Source: Bacillota bacterium
Lineage (GTDB): Bacteria; Bacillota; UBA994
NCBI GenBank assembly: GCA_018333655.1
Contig: JAGXTJ010000055.1
Coordinates: 169,721-233,720 of the forward strand
Length of the DNA stretch: 64,000 nt
Direction: 5' to 3'
The translations under genes and the position numbers were made by a program. The notes beneath the pieces were generated by a model. That model searched no databases. It had not been told where the DNA came from and saw nothing but the letters and a program-made list of their open reading frames with translations. Shown in pieces: positions 8,762-16,415 of this stretch (the stretch's first letter is position 1; each line of letters opens with the position of its first letter).

Positions 8762-10726
8762 ATGTCTATTAAAATGAAATTCGAAACACCAGACCTTACC
8801 GCCGCGAACGTGGCGAAAATCGCCGCACTGTTTCCCGGGGTGGTTACCGAGGGCAAGGTTAATATTGATCTGCTACGCACCATGCTCGGCGATGACGTGC
8901 ACGGCGACGAAGCCTACGAGTTTACATGGGTGGGTAAGCGCGCCGCCATTGCCGAAGCAGGGCGGCCAGTTCGCAAAACCCTCCGCCCCTGCGTGGAGGA
9001 GAGTAAGGACTGGGACACGACCGAGAATCTTTACATAGAGGGGGACAACCTCGATGTATTGAAATTACTGCAAGAAAGCTACCTCGGCAAGATCAAAATG
9101 TGCTATATCGACCCTCCGTATAACACAGGGAAGGACAGCTTTTTATACCGTGATAAATTCACTATGGACGCGGATGAATACGATGAAGCTGTTGAAATGT
9201 ATGACGAAGAAGGCATGAAAAACTTTCGTGAAAATGTAAAGACAAACCCTCGTTATCATTCCGACTGGTGTACATCCATATATCCTGTATTGGTGTTGGC
9301 CCGAAACATCCTATCAGATGACGGGATAATCCTTATTAATATGGATGAAAATGAAATTATCAATCTCCAAAAACTCTGTGCGGAGGTTTTCGGAGAGTCT
9401 AACGATTTAGGGACAATTATTTGGGATAAGAGAAACCCCAAAGGCGACGCGAAGGGCATTTCATATCAACACGAATACATTGTTGCATACGCCAAGAATA
9501 AGCTGTCATTTGTGGAAAAATGCAAAATGCAACGCCCCAAAAAAAATGCCGCGGCAATTATTGCAAAGGCAAATCAAGTATTTAAGAAGGTAGGAGCTAA
9601 ATACACTCTTGAAGAAGCAAACCGCGAATTTGCATCGTGGGTTTCTGCACAAGATGATTTTAGTGGTGGCGAGAAAGCATATAACCGCATCGACCAAAAC
9701 GGAGATGTGTATAGGCCAGTTTCAATGGCATGGCCAAACAAGAAAAAGGCTCCCGACGATTACTTTATTCCCCTAATACACCCAATAACAAAAAAGCCGT
9801 GTCCTCTTCCAGAGCGTGGTTGGCGCAATCCCTCTGCTACAATGAATGAATTGTTGCGTGAAGGTTTAATTCTGTTTGGTAAAGACGAAACAACTCAACC
9901 TAACAGAAAATATTTATTAAAAGAGAATATGTATGAAAATATTCCATCGCTACTTTATTATGGAGGAAGCGATACAGACTTGCTTGCTGAACTGGAGATT
10001 CCTTTCGACACCCCAAAGGTTGTCAGCATAGTAAAGGAACATATACAGTCTTTTACTGCTGATAGTGATATTGTGTTAGATTTTTATTCCGGCTCCGCCA
10101 CCACTGCCCATGCGGTGATGCAACTGAACGCCGAGGACGGCGGCAAGCGCAAATTCATTATGGTGCAATTACCGGAGCTTTGCGCACCGGACAGCGAAGC
10201 GGCGAAAGCGGGCTACGCCAATATTTGCGAAATCGGCAAAGAGCGCATACGCCGGGCGGGTGACAAAATCAAAGCTGAAGTTGGCTTGACCGCCCAAAAC
10301 CTAGATATCGGCTTCCGCGTCCTAAAAGTCGACGATACTAACATGACCGATATCTACTATGCCGCCAGCGACTACACTCAAGAGTTATTGTTTCAAGTAG
10401 AAAACAACATTAAGCCCGACCGCACAGATATGGATTTGCTCTTTGCCTGCCTCTTAGACTGGGGGCTGCTACTTTCTCTGCCGCACACGCAGGAGCAAAT
10501 TGATGGCTTCACTGTTCATACCTACAAAGGCGGGGACCTAGTAGCCTGTTTTGAGGCGGGTATTAGTGAAAACGCCGTCCGTGAGATCGCCAGCCGTGAA
10601 ATAGCCGACCGCCAGCCGCGGCGCGTCGTTTTCCGAGACTCAGGCTTCGGCAGCTCGCCGGATAAAATAAACGTGTTTGAGATTTTTAAGCTGCTCGCGC
10701 CGAATACGACTGTCAGGGTGATCTAG
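8762..10726 (+). CDS. Site-specific DNA methyltransferase, beta-class N6-adenine/N4-cytosine (Type III Mod-like)
   Basis: Catalytic motif IV CYIDPPYNTG sits N-terminal to SAM motif I VLDFYSGSATTAHA (beta-class order). SD AAAGGAGGAG precedes the ATG. Confidence 0.9.
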   Translation: MSIKMKFETPDLTAANVAKIAALFPGVVTEGKVNIDLLRTMLGDDVHGDEAYEFTWVGKRAAIAEAGRPVRKTLRPCVEESKDWDTTENLYIEGDNLDVLKLLQESYLGKIKMCYIDPPYNTGKDSFLYRDKFTMDADEYDEAVEMYDEEGMKNFRENVKTNPRYHSDWCTSIYPVLVLARNILSDDGIILINMDENEIINLQKLCAEVFGESNDLGTIIWDKRNPKGDAKGISYQHEYIVAYAKNKLSFVEKCKMQRPKKNAAAIIAKANQVFKKVGAKYTLEEANREFASWVSAQDDFSGGEKAYNRIDQNGDVYRPVSMAWPNKKKAPDDYFIPLIHPITKKPCPLPERGWRNPSATMNELLREGLILFGKDETTQPNRKYLLKENMYENIPSLLYYGGSDTDLLAELEIPFDTPKVVSIVKEHIQSFTADSDIVLDFYSGSATTAHAVMQLNAEDGGKRKFIMVQLPELCAPDSEAAKAGYANICEIGKERIRRAGDKIKAEVGLTAQNLDIGFRVLKVDDTNMTDIYYAASDYTQELLFQVENNIKPDRTDMDLLFACLLDWGLLLSLPHTQEQIDGFTVHTYKGGDLVACFEAGISENAVREIASREIADRQPRRVVFRDSGFGSSPDKINVFEIFKLLAPNTTVRVI

Positions 10727-10739
10727 GAGGTGACGATGA

Positions 10740-13700
10740 ATGAAGCTGCAATTTAGGCATCAGGCTTTTCAGGCGGACGCGGCAAGGGCGGTCTGCGATG
10801 TGTTTGCGGGCCAGCCCTTTCACACGCCGACCTACCTCGTAGACCCCGGCCTAGGGCAAATCAAGATGGAAGCTGACCAGGCCTTCACGGGCTTTAACAA
10901 CGCGCCTATCGCCCTAGGCGACGCTCAGATTCTAGAGAATATACGCGCCATACAGCGCGCTGGCCAAATCAAGCCGTCCGAGGCACTTGAAGGTCGCTAC
11001 AACCTGACTATCGAGATGGAGACTGGCGTGGGCAAGACCTACACCTATATCAAGACCATGTATGAGCTCAACAAGCGGTACGGCTGGAGCAAATTCGTCA
11101 TTGTCGTGCCGAGCGTCGCTATCCGCGAGGGGGTATATAAGTCGTTCCAAATAACCGAGGATCATTTTGCCGCAGACTACGGCACTAAAATACGCTACTC
11201 CATCTATAATTCGGCGCGATTAACCGAGATTGACCGTTTTGCCTCCGACAGCGCGATTAATGTCATGATCATCAACAGCCAAGCGTTTAATGCCAGAGGC
11301 AAGGACGCGCGGCGTATTTATATGAAGTTAGATGAGTTTCGCTCTCGCCGCCCCATTGACATCTTAGCTAAGACGAACCCTATTCTCATCATCGACGAGC
11401 CGCAGTCGGTAGAGGGCGCGGCTACCAAGGAGCGACTTAAAGAGTTTACTCCGCTGATAACGCTGCGCTATTCGGCGACCCATCGGCCGGACAGCGTCTA
11501 TAATATGGTTTACCGCCTTGACGCGCTCGAAGCCTATAACAAGAGGCTAGTTAAGAAGATTGCCGTTAAGGGCATCTCTGTTTCTGGCAGCACGGCTACC
11601 GAGGGCTATGTCTACCTACAGAGCATCAATCTCTCTAAGGGTAACCCCAAGGCGACGATAGAGTTCGACGTAAAAGGCAAATCCGGCATCCGCAAGGCGG
11701 TAAAAAATGTAGACGAGGGCTACCGTCTGTATGACAACTCCGGCGAGATGGCTCAGTACCAGGACGGTTACACTGTTATGCGGATCGACGGCAGAGATTC
11801 GTCTGTAGAATTCACCAACGGCAAGAAGCTTTTTGTGGGCGACGTCATCGGCTCGGTCAACGAGGAGCAGCTGCGCCGCATTCAGATCAGAGAAACTATC
11901 CTCTCGCATATCGAGCGCGAGCGCGAGTTGTTTGCCAAGGGCATCAAGGTGCTGTCGTTGTTCTTCATTGACGAAGTGGCGAAGTACAAACAGTACGACG
12001 CCCAGGGCCATGCCACCGGCGGTACTTACGCCCAGGTCTTTGCGGAAGAATATAACGAGATTACTGGCTCTATGCAGCTTCGGCTGGAAGATTCCCCAGA
12101 TTATATAACATACCTGGCGGGCATCCCTGTGGAGCGAACACATGCCGGGTATTTCTCTATTGACAAACAGAGCGGTCGCATCATTGATAGCAAGCTCGGA
12201 GACAGAAGGGAACGCACCTCCGACGATGCCGATGCCTACGACCTTATTATGAAGGACAAGGAGCGCCTGCTTGACCGCAGCGAGCCTGTGCGGTTTATCT
12301 TTAGCCACTCTGCCCTGCGCGAGGGTTGGGATAACCCAAATGTGTTCCAAATTTGCACCCTGAAGCAAAGCGGTAGCGATGTACGCAAACGGCAGGAAGT
12401 CGGGCGCGGTTTGCGCTTAGCCGTCAATCAAAGCGGCGTGCGTATGGACGAGAATGTTCTCTCGCGCGATGAGATCCACAACGTCAATGTGCTGACCGTT
12501 ATCGCCAATGAAAGCTACGACAGCTTTGCCAAGGCCTTGCAAGCTGAGCTTGCGGAGGCGGTCTCTGACCGCCCGCGCAAAGTCGAGGCGCAGCTGTTTG
12601 CCGAGAAATTTGGCAAGGTTACCGCTTTGGTAATTTACGAAAGCATGATTAAAAATGGCTATGTCCAGCGCGGTGAATTGACCGAAGCATACTACGAAGC
12701 GCGTAAGAACGGTGCGTTTGAATTGCCAATAGAAGCTGCCGCCCGCGCCACCGAAGTTCGCGCCGTGCTTGATTCCGTCTATGACCCAAGCGCTAACAAA
12801 CCAGTTAATGCCCGCCATAACAATGTCGACATAACCCTAGACAAAAACAAAATGAACAGCCGCGCCTTCCAAGAACTCTGGTCGCGCATCAACAGCAAAA
12901 GCTACTACATCGTCAATTTTGACGAAGCCCAACTGATCGAGAAAGCTATCGCGGGGCTAGACGCTAGGTTGCAAGTGCCCAAGGTTTACGTCAATGTGGA
13001 GCGAGGCGAACAAGCCAGGACCATCGAGTCCAAAGAACAACTGCAGGCAGGCGCGGCATTTGTTCGCGCAGAAATAGTGCGCGAGGAAGCAGCGCCTAGC
13101 ACTACGCTAAAGGCGAATAGCACCGTTCGCTACGATCTTATTGGCAAAATCGTCAACGAAACAGGGCTGACACGAAAAGCGGTAGCCGCAATCTTGATCG
13201 GCCTAAAAAAGTACGTGTTTGACCAGTTCGCCGACAACCCCGAAGAGTTTATTCTGCGTGCCGCCAATATTATCAACGAGGAAAAGGCCACGGCAATTAT
13301 CCAGCATATCACCTACGATAAACTGACCGCCGCATTCGACACCACTATTTTCACCGAGTCCGGCCTAAAAAAAGGCGCCTTGGGCGTAAACGCCATGGCC
13401 GCCAAAAAACATTTATACGACTACGTCCTCTACGACTCCAATATCGAGCGCGACTTTGCCGCCAAACTAGAGGCCCATAGCCAAGAGGTCGAAGTCTATG
13501 TCAAGCTGCCGCGGGGCTTTTACATTAGCACTCCCCTCGGCAAGTACAACCCCGACTGGGCAATCGCCTTCTACAAAGGCACGGTGAAGCACATTTTCTT
13601 TGTCGCGGAAACAAAGGGCACTATGTCCCCCGTGGACATGCGTGAGATTGAACAAACGAAGGCCGACTGCGCCCGCGCGCATTTTCGCGCCATTAGCGGC

Positions 13701-13763
13701 GCCACAGTAATATACGATGTTGTGGATAGCTATGAGCAGTTATGGAATCTGGTGCAGAAATAG
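10740..13763 (+). CDS. Type III restriction enzyme Res subunit (SF2 helicase + C-terminal PD-(D/E)xK nuclease)
   Basis: Helicase motifs METGVGKTYTY, ILIIDEPQSVEG, LRYSATH, REGWDNPNVFQICTL, QEVGRGLRL. C-terminal YNPDWAIAF...FFVAETKG nuclease motif. Starts 13 nt after the MTase stop, with an AGGAGG SD. Confidence 0.9.
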   Translation: MKLQFRHQAFQADAARAVCDVFAGQPFHTPTYLVDPGLGQIKMEADQAFTGFNNAPIALGDAQILENIRAIQRAGQIKPSEALEGRYNLTIEMETGVGKTYTYIKTMYELNKRYGWSKFVIVVPSVAIREGVYKSFQITEDHFAADYGTKIRYSIYNSARLTEIDRFASDSAINVMIINSQAFNARGKDARRIYMKLDEFRSRRPIDILAKTNPILIIDEPQSVEGAATKERLKEFTPLITLRYSATHRPDSVYNMVYRLDALEAYNKRLVKKIAVKGISVSGSTATEGYVYLQSINLSKGNPKATIEFDVKGKSGIRKAVKNVDEGYRLYDNSGEMAQYQDGYTVMRIDGRDSSVEFTNGKKLFVGDVIGSVNEEQLRRIQIRETILSHIERERELFAKGIKVLSLFFIDEVAKYKQYDAQGHATGGTYAQVFAEEYNEITGSMQLRLEDSPDYITYLAGIPVERTHAGYFSIDKQSGRIIDSKLGDRRERTSDDADAYDLIMKDKERLLDRSEPVRFIFSHSALREGWDNPNVFQICTLKQSGSDVRKRQEVGRGLRLAVNQSGVRMDENVLSRDEIHNVNVLTVIANESYDSFAKALQAELAEAVSDRPRKVEAQLFAEKFGKVTALVIYESMIKNGYVQRGELTEAYYEARKNGAFELPIEAAARATEVRAVLDSVYDPSANKPVNARHNNVDITLDKNKMNSRAFQELWSRINSKSYYIVNFDEAQLIEKAIAGLDARLQVPKVYVNVERGEQARTIESKEQLQAGAAFVRAEIVREEAAPSTTLKANSTVRYDLIGKIVNETGLTRKAVAAILIGLKKYVFDQFADNPEEFILRAANIINEEKATAIIQHITYDKLTAAFDTTIFTESGLKKGALGVNAMAAKKHLYDYVLYDSNIERDFAAKLEAHSQEVEVYVKLPRGFYISTPLGKYNPDWAIAFYKGTVKHIFFVAETKGTMSPVDMREIEQTKADCARAHFRAISGATVIYDVVDSYEQLWNLVQK

Positions 13764-13829
13764 ACGCCAAGGCTACGCTAGCCCCGCACCCTGTGGCGCA
13801 GGGAAGAACGCTGCAAGAGAGGTGGCTTT

Positions 13830-16406
13830 ATGCCGCATAGTATTCGAGAGTTGTTAAATGAGTTGCCTGGAGAGGTAGTATACCAACACAGGCTAGCTGC
13901 TCGATCTGCCCTCCTTGATGAAATACCTAGAAATATCCACAGAAAGCTGTATCTCCCCCTACGTCATGAGTTCCCCCAAGGCCTTTATTCCCATCAGACT
14001 AAGGCCATTAGACAAAGCCTGTCAGGTCGACACGTAGCCCTTGCCACGTCAACTGCATCGGGAAAGTCACTTTGTTTCGTTTTGCCCACCCTCGACGCCC
14101 TGTTGAGGGATCCTCAGGCGTGTGCTCTGTTTGTGTACCCACTAAAAGCACTATCTGGCGACCAACTCGAATTGATTACACATTGGGCAGAACGAGTTGG
14201 GCTAACAAGCCAAGTCTTTCGGCTAGATGGCGATATTAAGGGTGAAGAGCGAAATCAGGCCCTAGCACGCGGAAGATTATTTATCTGCACTCCTGATATA
14301 CTTCACACCACCATCCTCAGACGCAACCTTGATGAGCATTACACGCGGATCTTTAAAAACCTTGCCTATGTAGTTCTGGATGAGTGCCATGTTTATGATG
14401 GGGTTTTTGGCAGTCATATGGCGCTCGTTGTTCGGCGTCTCAGGCAGGTGTGCAGGAACCATGGCAGCTCACCTCGATTTATCGTAGCAAGCGCTACCAT
14501 CGGACAACCGCATGAACACGTCAGCAACCTCATCGGGACAGATGCAGTCGACCTCATCACCGAGGACATGAACGGCAGTCCCACGGCAGAACGGGATTAC
14601 TTCATGGTGAACCCCGCCAACACTGAGAGTTCATACGGATACATCATGAAGCTCACCCGGGAGCTTGTTAAGCGAGTCACCCAATTTGTGGTATTCTGCA
14701 ACTCGCGCAAGGAAGTCGAACAATACGCTTTGAGTTTACGTCAGGATTCCCCGAAAATGCATGATAGCATCATGCCCTACCGGTCGGGATACGAGTCTTC
14801 GGATCGATCTGCGATAGAGCGGGCACTCCGGCAGAAAACCCTCCTCGGCGTTTTCTCCACCTCTGCCCTCGAAATGGGCATCGACCTACCTAATCTTGAT
14901 ATCTGCGTTATGGTCGGGTTACCCAACAGCCAAGTCAGCCTCATTCAGCGTGCTGGTCGCGTAGGCAGGCGGCGCCCCGGAGCTGTAATCATTTGTGGCA
15001 AGGAAACCCCGTTTGATGAGTATTACTTCAAAAGGCCCGCTGATCTTTTTAAGCGGGCCCTAGAACAAACCACCGTCAATCTGTCAAACCCGAATCTTCT
15101 CATTTCACACTATGCCTGTGCGAGGATTGAAGGGGGAGATTTTGAGAATCCTCGTCTGGACCCCGATATTTTTGGCCGAGAGTTTATAAATATAGCCAAA
15201 CAAGTGCATCAGTTTGATTACGCGCAGGACATTCTCTATGACCAGGAGCCGCACTTTAAGATTAGCATCAGATCGATTGATGACCCGGTCTATAAACTTG
15301 GCTACGGCCACAGCACCATAGAAATACCCTTAGGGCAAATAACCTACTCTAGATTGATGCGCGAGGCCTACCCTGGTGGAATATACCTGCACCTAGGAAC
15401 CCGCTATCGGGTAAAAAAGGTCATCTTCGGCAAACGCGAAGTGCTTGTCGACCGGCGTTGCCCCTTTGCTTCCACAAAACCTAGGCTTGAATCATGGGTT
15501 AAACCTAAAACAACACTTCGCAAAGGCGCGGTGCGATCATGGCCAAGCATTGACGTAACAGAATCCACCCTCAGCATAACGGAAAAGATCACGGGATACC
15601 TAGAGAAGTCAGCCTCAGAAGAGAGAGAGGTGGTGTATAAGCAGCCTCTGATGCGGTACTTCGTCACTTCTGGCATAGTCATAAAAATAAAAGGGCTCTC
15701 TAGACTGACGCATGGATCTATAGTGGGCTTCGCTAATGCTATCGAAAACTCATACCCCATTGTCTACCGCTGCGCTCGCGCCGACATTGGGAGCTATGCC
15801 TGGAGCAAGGAAGAGCACGAAGGACATATTTACCTGTATGATGCCACTCCTGGCGGACTGGGCATCACCTCATCTGCCCTCGCCCATTTTGAGAAGCTCG
15901 TCGAGACTGCACTTGATGGCGTGATCAGTTGCGAATGCAGCCTAGACGAAGCCGCCTCTATCCATGGCTGTATAAAATGCGTTAAGTCCAATATGTGGCT
16001 GCGCTACCCGAACAGCACCCGGGCAGATACTTTATTTCTTCTAGAAGAAATTCTCAGGGTAGTCACGCAATCGGCAGCGGAGATTACTTTGCCGCAAGAT
16101 CGTAGACCTCCGTCTCCATCGCAGCGGAACAAGTATGGCCGAACAGTGTTAGCTAACGGATCCGTAGTTTACACTGGTGCGGGCCACGAGGCAGTAGTGA
16201 TAAGCAGTACCCCCATGGAGTCTACTATAAGTCCTGGGGAGAGGTTGTATCTAGTTCAAGGCGCCATGGGGGAATCTAAATCATTTATAGGCAGCAAGCT
16301 AACGCTGATACAGGGAATGGTTGAACTCTGGTGCGTCAACTGCGGTGCCGATTCCATCTCCATGGAAGATGCAGTATGTCCGATTTGTGCAGAAAAGCTG
16401 ATTTAA
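13830..16406 (+). CDS. DEAD/DEAH-box helicase with DUF1998 (MrfA/YprA-like), paralog 1, with extra C-terminal beta-rich + zinc-ribbon module
   Basis: Helicase motifs LYSHQTKA, ATSTASGKSLCF, VVLDECHVYDG, ASATIG, QRAGRVGRR. DUF1998 signature YLYDATPGGLGITS and Cys cluster CECS...GCIKC. Terminal CVNC...CPIC. Confidence 0.85.
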   Translation: MPHSIRELLNELPGEVVYQHRLAARSALLDEIPRNIHRKLYLPLRHEFPQGLYSHQTKAIRQSLSGRHVALATSTASGKSLCFVLPTLDALLRDPQACALFVYPLKALSGDQLELITHWAERVGLTSQVFRLDGDIKGEERNQALARGRLFICTPDILHTTILRRNLDEHYTRIFKNLAYVVLDECHVYDGVFGSHMALVVRRLRQVCRNHGSSPRFIVASATIGQPHEHVSNLIGTDAVDLITEDMNGSPTAERDYFMVNPANTESSYGYIMKLTRELVKRVTQFVVFCNSRKEVEQYALSLRQDSPKMHDSIMPYRSGYESSDRSAIERALRQKTLLGVFSTSALEMGIDLPNLDICVMVGLPNSQVSLIQRAGRVGRRRPGAVIICGKETPFDEYYFKRPADLFKRALEQTTVNLSNPNLLISHYACARIEGGDFENPRLDPDIFGREFINIAKQVHQFDYAQDILYDQEPHFKISIRSIDDPVYKLGYGHSTIEIPLGQITYSRLMREAYPGGIYLHLGTRYRVKKVIFGKREVLVDRRCPFASTKPRLESWVKPKTTLRKGAVRSWPSIDVTESTLSITEKITGYLEKSASEEREVVYKQPLMRYFVTSGIVIKIKGLSRLTHGSIVGFANAIENSYPIVYRCARADIGSYAWSKEEHEGHIYLYDATPGGLGITSSALAHFEKLVETALDGVISCECSLDEAASIHGCIKCVKSNMWLRYPNSTRADTLFLLEEILRVVTQSAAEITLPQDRRPPSPSQRNKYGRTVLANGSVVYTGAGHEAVVISSTPMESTISPGERLYLVQGAMGESKSFIGSKLTLIQGMVELWCVNCGADSISMEDAVCPICAEKLI

Positions 16407-16415
16407 GGGAGGAAG

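Noticed and set aside
9539-9546. A8 homopolymer inside the methyltransferase as a phase-variation switch
   Set aside because: Eight A residues is short for slipped-strand phase variation. It lies in an AT-rich segment, where such runs are expected by composition. I saw no tetra- or pentanucleotide repeat tract.
11616-12368. 250-aa antisense ORF inside the Res gene. Similar long shadow ORFs occur at 34104-34853, 39122-39796, 42037-42606, 55500-56273 and 56289-56918.
   Set aside because: All lie antisense to, or out of frame within, genes with strong family signatures. They have biased, low-complexity composition and no SD sites, as expected for shadow ORFs in coding DNA.
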